Positions 1 to 10,428 are shown, counted from the stretch's first letter. The stretch is 64,000 bases of DNA from Acidobacteriota bacterium (GCA_965205505.1 CBDBHB010000009.1:768001-832000), one strand, 5' to 3'. Made by a program: numbers and translations. The notes: generated by a model not told the origin, from the sequence alone.

Positions 1-1
1 G

Positions 2-166
2 AACCGGCGGCGATCGCCACCGAGCGCTCCTATTGGTGGAGCGTGCATTGTTTGCTTGATGCCGACGAAGGACAACCCGAACCAGATCACCTCGATGACG
101 GCGATGGTGCTGATGTTCGAGCAGGTCGCGTTGATCGCCGACACGCTACGCAACACAGGTCCGTGA
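2..166 (+). CDS. Partial CDS, C-terminus resembling agmatinase/ureohydrolase family
   Basis: Frame 2 reads ...GACIVCLMPTKDNPNQITSMTAMVLMFEQVALIADTL* and resembles the D-x-V-x-x-x-P...IT ending of ureohydrolases. The 5' part lies outside the window or is lost. Confidence 0.4.
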   Translation, partial: NRRRSPPSAPIGGACIVCLMPTKDNPNQITSMTAMVLMFEQVALIADTLRNTGP

Positions 167-173
167 GGCCAGC

Positions 174-2453
174 CTAGCGGGCGCCAGCGGGTAGGTTCTC
201 GGTTAGGTAGCGCGTCAACAACCCATACAGATGCCGCGTCGTTCCCCCGCCCTCGGAGATACCGTGGGTTCGGTTCGGGTAGGCCATCATGGTGAAGTGC
301 TTGCCGGCGGATACGAGGCGGTTGATCAACGCCTCTGTGCCCTGGTAGTGCACGTTGTCGTCGCCCGTCCCGTGCACGATCAGCAAGTTGCCCACGAGCC
401 CATGGGCGTGGGTAATCGGTGAGCCCTTGCGGTAGCCCTCCGGGTTGCCCTGCGGCGTCCCCATGTAGCGCTCCTGATAGATGGTGTCGTAGTAGCGCTG
501 GTCGGGCACCGGTGCTACCGACATCCCGATGCTGTAAATCTCGGGATGGCGAAACATCGCGTTTAGCGTCATGGAGCCGCCGCCACTCCAGCCCCAGATG
601 CCGATGCGGTCGGGGTCAACGTAGTCGCGGGTAGCGATAATCTGCCGCACCGCGTCGGCTTGGTCCTGCGAGGCCAGCGTGCCGATCTCGCCGTAGACGA
701 TCTTGCGCCAGTCGCGACCGCGTGGCGCCGGTGTGCCGCGGTTGTCGACGCTTACGACCAGGTAGCCGAGCTGGGCGACGTAGCGATGCCAGAGCATCCG
801 AGATCCACCCCACCGGTCGAGCACCGTCTGGTCCCACGGCTCGCCGTAGACGAAGAAGAGCACCGGGTACCTGCGGGCGGGGTCGAAGTCGGGCGGGTAC
901 AGCACCCAGGCGTCGAGGTCGAGATCAGGCTTGGTCTGGACTCGGAAGAACTCCACCGGCGGCAGGTCGAGAGCCTCGATTCGCTGACGTGCGACAGCGT
1001 TGTCGACCAACACACGCACCGAGGCGTGCTCCGGCAATGAGACCAGCTCGACCTGCGGCGGTGTGGAGAAGCTGGACCAAGTGTGGAATGCCCAACGGCC
1101 TCCTGGCGCGACGTCGTAGGTATGGTCGCCGCCGGTGTCTACTGGTGTCAGGGCCTCTGCGGTTGGCTGCGGACCCACGGGCGCCAAGGGCGTGCGGTAA
1201 AGGAAACGTTGGGACGGATCGGGGGTGGCCAGGTAGTAGAGCCAGCCGCCAGCCTCATCGACCCGTACTACTCCTAGAATGTCGGAACCTGTCGGAGTGA
1301 GCGCCACCACCGAGCGTCCATCGCGTGAGATCCGGTAGACACGTCGCCAGCCGTCGCGCTCGCTCACCCAGGTGAACGCGTTGCCGCCGTCGAGCCAGCG
1401 TAGGTCGTCGCGGACGTCGACCCACGCCTCGTCGGTCTCGACCAGCACCTCGAGAGCCTTGCCGGTACGGGTGTCGGCCAGATAGACCGTGTTCTCGTTC
1501 TGACGGCGATTCAGGTACTGAACCACGAGCTGCGTCGAGTTCGTCGCCCATTCCATCCGCGCGATGTAGTTGTTGCGCGGCGAGCCGGGCAGCGCTACCC
1601 ATACGGCGTCGCCGCCGCCTGCGGGAATGATCGCGAGGCGCGCCGCCGCGTTTACCTCTCCGGCTTTGGGGTATGGAATCTCGGTGAGCACCGGGTACAG
1701 CTGCGCGGTGTTGTTCGCTAGCGTGAACTTGCGCACTAGCGACTGGTCGAGCTGCCAGAAGGCGATGTGGGTGCCGTCGGGACTCCAGCGAAACCCGTCG
1801 CGCAGACCTAGCTCTTCCTCGTAAACCCAGTCGAATGTCCCGTTGATGATGGTGTCCGACCCGTCGTGCGTCAGCTGTGTAACCACGTCGTTGCGTAGGT
1901 CGTGCATGAACAGGTTGTTGTCCGTGACGTAGGCGATGCGGCTGGAGTCGGGCGAGAACTTGGCAAACATCTGCCGCGCGTTTCGCATCGTGCTGCCGAC
2001 CTTACGCAGGTCGCCCGAATCGAGATCCAGCACCCAATAGTCGCCGCGCGTGTTTCGGCGCCAGACGCGCTGCGAGTTGGTGAAGATGCTCAGCAGACGG
2101 CCGTCGGGTGACCAGTCGTAGTCGTCGATCGACAAGGCCTGTTCGCGATTGAACTCGGGAACAAGGCGCTCGGCGCCCACCAACACCTGCCGGTCGCCGC
2201 TAGCGGCGTCGTAACGCACGATGTCCTCGGCGCCGGGCAGGCGTGCGGATGGTTCGACGGTCGTGTAACTGTCGCCGTCCAGCCAGCGCGCCGGGCCGAA
2301 GGTGTCGACCGGGTAGACGTCGCTCGAGAAGATGGAATCGAGCGTCAGATCCTGCTGGACGGAGGCTGTTTGGCCTATAGCGGGGCTCGCCGTTGCGGCA
2401 AGCGACAAAACGAGAGCACCAACCGCGAGCCAACATTGACGACAGGGGACCAT
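174..2453 (-). CDS. S9B dipeptidyl peptidase IV family, secreted
   Basis: DPPIV_N motifs (NGTFDWVYEEE, YPKAG), GWSGGG nucleophile motif, HGTGDDNVH and catalytic His (RTHGI). Start moved to ATG 2453, ahead of a signal peptide. Confidence 0.93.
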   Translation of the reverse strand: MVPCRQCWLAVGALVLSLAATASPAIGQTASVQQDLTLDSIFSSDVYPVDTFGPARWLDGDSYTTVEPSARLPGAEDIVRYDAASGDRQVLVGAERLVPEFNREQALSIDDYDWSPDGRLLSIFTNSQRVWRRNTRGDYWVLDLDSGDLRKVGSTMRNARQMFAKFSPDSSRIAYVTDNNLFMHDLRNDVVTQLTHDGSDTIINGTFDWVYEEELGLRDGFRWSPDGTHIAFWQLDQSLVRKFTLANNTAQLYPVLTEIPYPKAGEVNAAARLAIIPAGGGDAVWVALPGSPRNNYIARMEWATNSTQLVVQYLNRRQNENTVYLADTRTGKALEVLVETDEAWVDVRDDLRWLDGGNAFTWVSERDGWRRVYRISRDGRSVVALTPTGSDILGVVRVDEAGGWLYYLATPDPSQRFLYRTPLAPVGPQPTAEALTPVDTGGDHTYDVAPGGRWAFHTWSSFSTPPQVELVSLPEHASVRVLVDNAVARQRIEALDLPPVEFFRVQTKPDLDLDAWVLYPPDFDPARRYPVLFFVYGEPWDQTVLDRWGGSRMLWHRYVAQLGYLVVSVDNRGTPAPRGRDWRKIVYGEIGTLASQDQADAVRQIIATRDYVDPDRIGIWGWSGGGSMTLNAMFRHPEIYSIGMSVAPVPDQRYYDTIYQERYMGTPQGNPEGYRKGSPITHAHGLVGNLLIVHGTGDDNVHYQGTEALINRLVSAGKHFTMMAYPNRTHGISEGGGTTRHLYGLLTRYLTENLPAGAR

Positions 2454-2687
2454 GCGTGTGTCCTCAGGAGATGCGCGGTGCCTGCGGTACCGAAGCACGC
2501 CAGGTGCCGGGCGCGGATGGTCCAACGCGTTGGATACCAACCCGAGCATAGCCGATGCCGGTGCACCGAGCACGAGTATGGTTGTAGGGTGTCGTCCACC
2601 GGGTTCAACGCCCGTGAGGTACGCTCTGGCGCTGCCCGGTTCGCACTTCGGCCACTCCAAACGCAAGGCTCCGAGTAGATTCACAGA

Positions 2688-4514
2688 ATGCTGATCCAAC
2701 GCACCCTCGTTGTCGCCGCGGTCGGTTGCACGCTTCTAGCGGGCCTGACAACGATTCCCTCTGCCGCGCAGGAAGCTGCGGGCTGGCGTCAATGGGGCGG
2801 CCTGGGCCGCGACTTCATCACCGACGTCACTGGCCTTGCCGACAGATGGCCGGCGGAGGGCCCGCCGGTTCTCTGGAGCCGCCCGCTCGGTACCGGCCAC
2901 TCGGCGATCCTCGTCGACGACGGACGCCTGTTCACACAGTACCGCGTCGGTAACGGCCGGGATCGCGGTGGGCCGTGGGATGAGGAAGAGATCGTCATCG
3001 CCCTCGCGGCCTCCGACGGCGCCACTCTGTGGGAATACACCTACCCGTCCCGGCACGAGAACTTCGACTACGGCGCCGGCCCACACGCTACGCCGCTGCT
3101 GGTCGGCGATCGGCTCTTCGCCGCCGGCACCAACAAGCAGCTGTTCGCCTTCGACAAGCGGTCCGGCGAAGTGCTGTGGTCACATGACCTGATCGCCGAT
3201 TTCGGTGCGCCAACCAACCTGATTCGAGCGATCGTCAAGACGGGCTTTGGCAGCAGCCCCATCGCGTACAAGGACATGGTGATTGTTCCAGTCGGCGGCC
3301 CCGGGCAGTCGTTGATGGCGTTCCGTCAGCGCGATGGCGAGGTGGCATGGCGCGGCGGCGATTTCTTGTTTTCGCCCTCGCCTCCGATCCTCATCGACCT
3401 CGATGGGCAGACGCAGCTCGTCTACCTGGCCGGCGCCAGCGTCGTGGGCCTCGATCCGGACGACGGCCAGGTGCTGTGGGCAGTGCCGCACGACCCCGGC
3501 AACGACCTCAACATGACGGCGCCACAGTGGGGCGACGACAACATCCTGTTCCTTTCCTCCGGGTACAGGGCGGGAAGCCGCGCCATTCGGCTGACGCTCG
3601 ACGGCCAGACCAGCAGGACCGAGGAGCTGTGGTTCACGTCCCGAATTCCGTTCATGTTCCTGAACACGATCCGGCGCGGCAGCTTCGTCTATGGAACCAG
3701 CGGGACCTTCGGGCCCGCATTCATGACCGCGCTCGACGTGCGAACCGGCGAGCCCGCCTGGCAGCAGCGCGGCTTCAAGCGCGCCAGCCTGCTGTACGCC
3801 GACGATAAGTTCATCGTCATGGACGAGGACGGCGACCTGGCGCTCACTCGCATGACGCCCGAAGGGATGACCGTGCTGGCGCGGGCGCCGCTCTTCGACA
3901 CCACCTCGTGGACCGTACCGACCCTGGTCGGCACCACGCTCTATGCGCGCGATCGCGAGAAGATCGTGGCGCTCGATCTTGGCGCAGCGGAGCCGCCGGC
4001 GGCTCGGGCGGTCGGTAGCGACGGGACATCGGCTTCCGGCGAGACGCAGTCGGGCGGGCCCAGCAGGACGCCGAGGCCAACCGCGCACACTCACCCGAAC
4101 CTCTCCGGCATCTGGCAGCTCGACCGCGATGCCAGCCAGATAGGTACCACGGCCGCTCTCGCCGGCCTCGGCGACGGCGGCGCTCCGCTGACGCTATTCG
4201 TTACTCAGGCGGCGAACGGTACCCTCCTGCTGTCGAGCGAGGACAACCCCACGCAGGCGCGTGCCTATGCCATTGGTGGCGAGAGCCCGGTGCCGATCCT
4301 GGCCGACGACGGCGAGCCGAACACCATGACGATCGCGTCGCGATGGGACGACGGCCGGCTGGTGAACGAAGGCAGGCACCAGCGCGGCGTCACGGTGATC
4401 GACGTGCGCGAGGTGATGTCGCTGAGCGCCGACGGGCAGACGCTGATCATCGAGGTGGAGATCGACGGATCTCCCTTGCAGGGAACGTCGCGACTGCTTT
4501 ATCGACGGAGTTGA
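2688..4514 (+). CDS. PQQ-like beta-propeller repeat protein (BamB-like) with extra C-terminal domain
   Basis: Signal peptide, WRQWGG start and repeated A-x-D-x-x-x-G-x-x-x-W blades. After a low-complexity linker comes an HPNLSGIWQLD beta-rich domain. Confidence 0.85.
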   Translation: MLIQRTLVVAAVGCTLLAGLTTIPSAAQEAAGWRQWGGLGRDFITDVTGLADRWPAEGPPVLWSRPLGTGHSAILVDDGRLFTQYRVGNGRDRGGPWDEEEIVIALAASDGATLWEYTYPSRHENFDYGAGPHATPLLVGDRLFAAGTNKQLFAFDKRSGEVLWSHDLIADFGAPTNLIRAIVKTGFGSSPIAYKDMVIVPVGGPGQSLMAFRQRDGEVAWRGGDFLFSPSPPILIDLDGQTQLVYLAGASVVGLDPDDGQVLWAVPHDPGNDLNMTAPQWGDDNILFLSSGYRAGSRAIRLTLDGQTSRTEELWFTSRIPFMFLNTIRRGSFVYGTSGTFGPAFMTALDVRTGEPAWQQRGFKRASLLYADDKFIVMDEDGDLALTRMTPEGMTVLARAPLFDTTSWTVPTLVGTTLYARDREKIVALDLGAAEPPAARAVGSDGTSASGETQSGGPSRTPRPTAHTHPNLSGIWQLDRDASQIGTTAALAGLGDGGAPLTLFVTQAANGTLLLSSEDNPTQARAYAIGGESPVPILADDGEPNTMTIASRWDDGRLVNEGRHQRGVTVIDVREVMSLSADGQTLIIEVEIDGSPLQGTSRLLYRRS

Positions 4515-4580
4515 CGATGTCGACCGCCCACACGCTGGGCGCGATGATCGCGAAATCAGAGCCGTTCCGGCTCGGTCGGC

Positions 4581-5105
4581 CTATTCCGCCGGCACGGTCT
4601 GGAAATGCAGGTGGACGATCTTCCATCCGTCGTCCTGCATCATCATGCTGGTCGACATCTGGATGTTCGACTGGGAGACCGAGCCATCCGCGCTGCGGTA
4701 GTCGGCCGTCAACATGTAGGACACTACCGCCGCGTCCCCCGACGGCGAGAGCTGCACTAACGCGTTCGAGACTCTCGCCGACGCCACGCCACCGCCGCTG
4801 GCGACGTACTCGGTCCACGATGAGTGATACGCGTCCCAGCTGCCGCGGCCGCCCGGACCCCACCACGTCAGCTCCTTGGCGTAGTGGCCCAGGTACCCGT
4901 CCACGTCGTTGGCTCGGTACGCATCGGTCATCGACTCGACGTGCGCCAGCGCCGACTGCTCGAGATCACTCATTTCCTGCGCCGTGGCCAGCGGCGTCGT
5001 GACGCCGGCGCCAACAAGCACAGCGACCGCGATCAGCGTCAAAATCCGTTGCCTTCTCCAAGAGCTCAACATGAACTGTTCCTCCGCTGTGTTCGCTTCG
5101 GTCAA
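4581..5105 (-). CDS. NTF2/SnoaL-like (DUF4440) secreted protein
   Basis: AYRANDVDGY...GDAAVVSY...GWKIVHLHF pattern and an N-terminal signal peptide. The true start may be ATG 5072. Confidence 0.8.
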   Translation of the reverse strand: MTEANTAEEQFMLSSWRRQRILTLIAVAVLVGAGVTTPLATAQEMSDLEQSALAHVESMTDAYRANDVDGYLGHYAKELTWWGPGGRGSWDAYHSSWTEYVASGGGVASARVSNALVQLSPSGDAAVVSYMLTADYRSADGSVSQSNIQMSTSMMMQDDGWKIVHLHFQTVPAE

Positions 5106-5263
5106 GATCTCGGCCGCACACTACTCCTGAGATCGAGAATCCGCAAAGGGCGAGGGCCGAATAGCCGTTACCGGTCAGGCGAGGCTCAATCGGGCCGGAT
5201 CTCGGTTTGGCCGGGCGACAGGACCGCGACGCCGGCGGCCCTGGCGGCGCGCGCCAACGCTAG

Positions 5264-5548
5264 GCCGGCTTTGATGCGGCGCGCGACATCGTCGCCATCG
5301 TCAACAACCGCTGGCCGCACGGTTATGCTGGCGCGTCGAACGATCTCTACGATCCCGAATGGGGCTACGACGAAGCGCCGTGGGTGGTGGGTCGCAAGCG
5401 CTTCGGCCGCATCGCCATCGCCAACTCGGATGCGGCCGCGACCTGCCTCACCCAGGCGGCCTGGGACCAGGCGCACCGGGCCGTGCAGGAGTTGCTGACC
5501 GATGTGATTCGGCCGGAGTTTCAATATCCGTGGGCGGAGAGGACCTAA
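5264..5548 (+). pseudogene. C-terminal fragment of spermidine dehydrogenase-like FAD oxidoreductase
   Basis: Start-less frame absent from the ORF track: AGFDAARDIVAIVNNRWPHGYAGASNDLYDPEW...GRKRFGRIAIANSDAAA...AWDQAHRAVQEL*. This resembles the SpdH-family C-terminus. An in-frame TAG lies immediately upstream. Confidence 0.75.
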
Positions 5549-5571
5549 CAGGGTGCTTCAGCACCCTGTTA
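5546..5571. terminator. Perfect hairpin between convergent genes (possible bidirectional terminator or IS-end scar)
   Basis: TAACAGGGTGCT-TC-AGCACCCTGTTA, 12-bp perfect arms. Confidence 0.55.
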
Positions 5572-5589
5572 AGCCAGCCGCCAGATTTC

Positions 5590-8306
5590 CTACTGCTGCC
5601 TGAGGGAGACCACGGGATCGACCTCGGCCGCTCGCCGTGCCGGCAACAGGTTGGCCATCACCGTGACCACCAGGAAGAGAGCCAGCACTCCGGCCAGCAC
5701 CGTCAGATCCACGGGTGCGACCTCGAACAGTAGGCTCGACAGCAGGCCGCCGGTCGCCATTGATCCCACGCCACCGATGACCAGCCCGGCCAGCGCCGGC
5801 GCCATGCCGGAGCGCAGCGCCGAAAGGACGACGTCGCTGCGGGTAGCACCTAGGGCGAGGCGCACGCCGAACTCGTGGGTGCGCTGGCTGACGATGTAGG
5901 TCATTACGCCGAACACGCCGATAGCTCCCAGCGCCAGCGCTAGCAGCGCGAACACGGAGAACAGCAGCGTCGTGGAGCGGGGGGTGGCCATCGAGCGGTC
6001 GAGCGGTCGAGCACCTGCTGCATCGTCGTTTCACCAGAGACTACAGCGTTCGGGTCGACCGACCAGATCGCCTCGCGCACGGCGGCAGCGACGTCGACCT
6101 CGCCGGCGAAGCGCACCGCGACGTGCATGGTGCTGAGCCACGATTCCTGGTCGTACGGAACGTACGCCTCGGGACCTGTCTCGGCGGACAAAGCGGTCTG
6201 GTGGAAGTCGCCGCCGACCCCGATCACGGTGAACCATGGGTCACCAGTTGACCAACTGACCTGCTCGCCGACGGCGCTTCCGTCCGGCCACAGCCGGCGT
6301 GCCAGCGCCCCGTTGATCAGCCCCGCCGGGGCGCCGCCCAAGCGATCCTCCGGACCGAGATCTCTGCCTTCCAGCAACGGAATCTGGAACGTGTCGACAT
6401 AGCCCAGTGTCACCGCTCGGTAGCTGATGAACTCGCGCTCGATGCCCGACGGCACCGGCAGGCCGTCTGGCGAGATGGCCACCCCCATCACGCCTTGGCT
6501 CAACGGCAACACGTTGACCAACCCCACCGAGACAACGCCCGGCAGGGCAGTGACGCGCTCCTCGACCTGTCGGTAGTACAGTCGGCGCTGTTCTTCGTCC
6601 GGGTAGGCTCCTGCCGGCGGGGCGATGTGCATGGTGGTTACGCTGCCGACGTTGAATCCGGGGTCGACCTGCTGAAGCAACCACAGGCTCTTGACCAGCA
6701 ATCCGGCGGCGACGACCAGGATTACCGAGATTGCCACCTCGGCGGCCACGAGCCCGTTGTTGAGGCGGAATCGATGCCGTCCCGCCGTGATCCCACGGCC
6801 ACGCTCTCGTAGGGCCGGCCGGTCAGCGCGGGTCACCCGGAATGCCGGTACCAGCCCGAACACCAGACCGGCGACGAGCGATATCCCCAGGGCGAACGTC
6901 AGCACCGTGGCGTCGATGCTGACCTCGTCGGTGCGCGGTATGTTGGCAGGTAGCAGACCCAGCAAGAACGACATGCTGCCCTGTGCGGCCGCCAGCCCGA
7001 CCAGGCCGCCGGTCACACCGAGCACGGCGTTTTCCGTCAGCAATTGACGAATGATGCGCCACCTGCTGGCGCCGATGGCGGCGCGAACAGCAACCTCTTG
7101 CTGGCGCACGCCGGATCGCGCCAGCAGCAGGTTGGCGACGTTGGTGCAGGCGACCAGCAACACCGCCCCCACCGCTGCGAGCAGAATCCAAAGGGTCCCG
7201 CGCACGCCGCCGACTCGAGACTCGTGGTAGGTGACCACTTGGGCGATCTCCGGCGCGTCGCGGTTGAACACCGGCGTCTCGCCCGCCGCCAGGCGAGCCG
7301 TGACGCCCTGGAGCTCTGCCTGGGCGTTGGTCACCCCGACATCCGACCGCAGGCGGCCGAGCAGCCAGAAGCGGTGCATGTCGTCGTAGTCGTGGGTGCC
7401 GGGCTCGACGATCATCGGAACGAAGATCTCCGAGTGCCAGGGGAACGGCTCGTACGCCGGCGGCATCACCCCGACGACCGTCCGCGAGAGCGCGCCTTCG
7501 CCCTCGACTGCGAGCGAGCGGCCGATCACGTCGGGGTCGGCGCCGAACCGGCGCACCCAGTAGCCGTTGTTGAGGATGGCTACAGGCGAGGCACCGGGCT
7601 CGGAGTCGTTGGGCTGGAAGGTGCGACCCAGAGCCGGCGGCACACCCAGAACATCGAAGTGGCCGGCCCCGACGACGCTGCCGCCGAGCTGCTCCGGCGC
7701 CCCATCGCCGATCGTCGTGAAGGTGCCCGGCGAGCCCGCCGCGATTGCCTCGTAGGAGGCGGTCTCCTGCTGCAGCGCGATCACCTGGCGGGCGGAGAAG
7801 AAGTGCGACGGCCACAAACGCGCGATGCGCGCAGAGTCAGGGAACGGAAGCGGTCGAAGCACCACCGCGTTGACCACACTGAAGATCGCCACGTTGGCCC
7901 CGACCCCGAGCGCCACGGTCAGCACGGCTACCAGCACGAAGCCCGGCGCCATCAGGAAGCCGCGCACGGCGTAGCGGATGTCCTGGAGAAACGACGCGAG
8001 CAGTTCGCGAAGAGACTGGCGGCGGTCCTCTCCGAGTCGGCGCCGCTCGGGGCCGATGCTTGCGAGCAGGTCCTTGGCCAGCTGCCACCACACCCGCATG
8101 GGATAGGTGCCGGGGTGATCGCGCTGCTCTTTGTGCCAGCGGTGCCGAAAGACCTGCAACATTTCCGCCCCGTAGCGCTGCCGGAACTGCGCCGGGTAGA
8201 GACGGAGGGCCAGCCGATAGACGCGGTAGGTCGCACGGTAGGTCCATCCAGATTCGCTCGGCGCATGCTGGCGCGGCGTCGATAGCGGATCGGGTAAGGT
8301 GCTCAT
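5590..8306 (-). pseudogene. ADOP/MacB-type duplicated ABC permease, frameshifted near the C-terminus
   Basis: QDIRYAVR...ALGVGANVAIFSVVNAV and LLVACTNVANLLLAR motifs. The C-terminal FtsX part (EFGVRLALGA...VDPVVSLR) is in another frame after an 8-bp duplication at 5991-6006. ATG 8306 overlaps the padR stop. Confidence 0.88.
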
Positions 8307-8644
8307 CGGCCGCGCCCCTCGAGAACGTCCTTTTCGCGCGCCACCCGCACCACCTGGGCCCAGCGCTGCGACTCGGCCTCGACGGCATGCCGTCCCGAGG
8401 ACGTGATGCGGTAGTAACGTCGCCGCGGGTCGTCGAGCTCCGGCGCCGGGCGCTCGGCAGTCTCCTCGATCAGGCCAACCCCGACCATCTTCTTGATCGA
8501 TCCGTAGAGGATCCCCGGCCCCAGCTTCAACTCGCCGTCGGAGCGACTCTCCACCTCCTCGACGATGCCCAGCCCGTGTCGGTCGGCGTCGGCCAGGGCC
8601 AGGAGGATGTGGAAGGAGGCGGTGGTGAGCTTCTTGTCGGTCAC
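8303..8644 (-). CDS. PadR family transcriptional regulator
   Basis: FHILLAL...HGLGI...LGPGILYGSIKKM...DDPRRRYYRIT; translationally coupled to the ADOP permease. Confidence 0.92.
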   Translation of the reverse strand: MTDKKLTTASFHILLALADADRHGLGIVEEVESRSDGELKLGPGILYGSIKKMVGVGLIEETAERPAPELDDPRRRYYRITSSGRHAVEAESQRWAQVVRVAREKDVLEGRGR

Positions 8645-8670
8645 GGTCAGATTCTCCTGGCGTCGAAAAT

Positions 8671-8700
8671 ATCAAGTTCTGATATATATCAGAAGTCGAT
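8671..8700. promoter_or_regulatory. Candidate PadR operator (palindrome)
   Basis: AT-rich ATCAAGTTCTGATAT/ATATCAGAAGTCGAT with a perfect 18-bp core TTCTGATATATATCAGAA (8677-8694), just upstream of padR. Confidence 0.65.
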
Positions 8701-8800
8701 AGTTCTGGCTAGGTCGATCCGCGGAGCGCAATTTGAGCGAGGCACTGAGGCCGAGTCGCCGGTGGGCAGGGAACCTGAAGCCGGCGGAAGTGCCGCGTGC

Positions 8801-10148
8801 CTACTGCAGATAACCCAGGGCCTTGAGCTGACGGAGCTCTTCCTGAGTCAGTTGCACGGGGCCGGCAACGTAGCCTGCTTTCTCCCACAGATCTTCGCGG
8901 ATGGCGGTCAGGCGGTTCCACATCTGTCGGCCCTTTAGCGGTCGCTCTGATGCCACGTCGACCAACTCGCCCGGATCTTTCTGAAGGTCGATGAGATGAC
9001 CGTTGGCGAAGATCTTGAAGCGGTCGATGATCAGGGTCGCGTCGTCCCAGTTCGGATTCTCGGAGAACACCTCCCGAGACTCCTGTTCTGAACCTGTCCA
9101 GATCGGCTCGAGGCTGCTGCCCTGCCACACCTCCGGGATCTCTAGGCCGGCCAGGCTCAGCAGGGTCGGGGCAATTATCGATGTTGCGGACCCGCTGATT
9201 GAACTCGCGGCCGACGGGCACGCCGGGCCCGGCGATGATCAACGGCGTGCGGATTACCTCGTCGTAGAGAGTCCCGTGACGTGCCATGTAGCCACGCTCG
9301 CCAAACTCCTCGCCATGATCCGACAGGACGACCACGAGGGTGTTGTCGCTGAGCCCGAGCCTGTCGAGCGAATCCAGGAACCGCCCGATGACATCGTCGA
9401 GATGAGCCAACTCGGCGTCATACAAGGCCACCACGTAGTCCCGATCGTCGTCGGTCAGCTCCTCCGCAGGATACCCTCTCGCGGCCATCTCCCGCATCAA
9501 GTTCTCCGTGATGTCGAGGTCGCGCAGTGGCCCGTCGTAGTACGGCGAGACAAAGCGCCGCTTGTATTTCTCCAGCGGCTTGTACCCGAGGTGTACCTGA
9601 TAGGTGTGCATGAATAGGAAGAACGGCTGGGCCTGTCTGCCGACCCACTCCTGCATCTCCTTGAGCGTCGACTCGAGGTCCCGATCGACGGGACCGGTCT
9701 CCCATTCCCCGTCGCGCCAGGTGTACTCGTCGAATCCCCTGCGGAAGCTGAGACCCAAGAACTGGGAGAACGCGACGGTGGCGTAGCCGTTGTCCTGCAG
9801 TACCTCCGCCAGCAAGGGGATTTTCGGGTCCAGGACCTGGCCCTGCTCGATGACCTGATGAACCGAGGCGTACATCGACGTGAGGATCGAGGTCTGGGAT
9901 GGTCCGGTCCAACCAGCCTGTGCGTAGTTCCGCAGGAAGAGGCTGCCACGCTCCGCTAAAGCATCTATGTACGGCGTGGTATCGAGCTTGTATCCGTAGG
10001 AGCCGAGGTGATCGGCGCGCAGCGTGTCAAGATCCAGAATCACGATGTTCGGCCGCTGGGGCGGCGCGGAGCAGCCGATGGCCACCGAGCCCATGAGGTA
10101 CAGGGCGAGCAGACCGGTGAGGCGTCGGAAGCCGCGCTCGCCGCTCAA
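8801..10148 (-). pseudogene. Sulfatase-like hydrolase (lipoprotein), +1 frameshift near 9176
   Basis: PNIVILDLDTLRADHL, WTGPSQ, YDAELAHLD and LSDHGEEF motifs. Removing one A in gat-A-att-gcc-ccg restores IDIAPTLL and joins the 8801..9130 ORF (…LKALGYLQ). Start uncertain. Confidence 0.85.
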
Positions 10149-10254
10149 TCCGGACGAGCTCGGTGGCGGTTGCTGAGGAGCGGGCGCATCGATCAGCCGT
10201 ATCAGCAATGGGAACCCTCCAACGACAGGGGTCCAAGCGAGAGCACCGATAATT

Positions 10255-10395
10255 CTACGACACACGAAACACCGATATGTGTTGTTGCCGACGGCTGAGT
10301 ACGCTCGGACCGGAGGTGGAGGTGTCCTCGGCCGGCAGGGCACAGCCGACTGCGAGCGCGGCACAAGCCATCACCAGCAGATGTGAGCTCTTCAA
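10255..10395 (-). pseudogene. Orphan lipoprotein signal-peptide fragment
   Basis: TTG-started MKSSHLLVMACAALAVGC... with a lipobox, ending after 46 aa. Confidence 0.3.
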
Positions 10396-10428
10396 GGGTC
10401 CCTCGGTTGATCTCGATGCCGATAGTGC

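Noticed and set aside
2521-2534. Palindrome TCCAACGCGTTGGA in the divergent intergenic region
   Set aside because: Single occurrence with no adjacent regulator; could be chance.
5186-5524. 112-aa minus-strand ORF as a real gene
   Set aside because: Most of it is antisense to the SpdH-like fragment; only the last about 25 codons look like genuine coding sequence.
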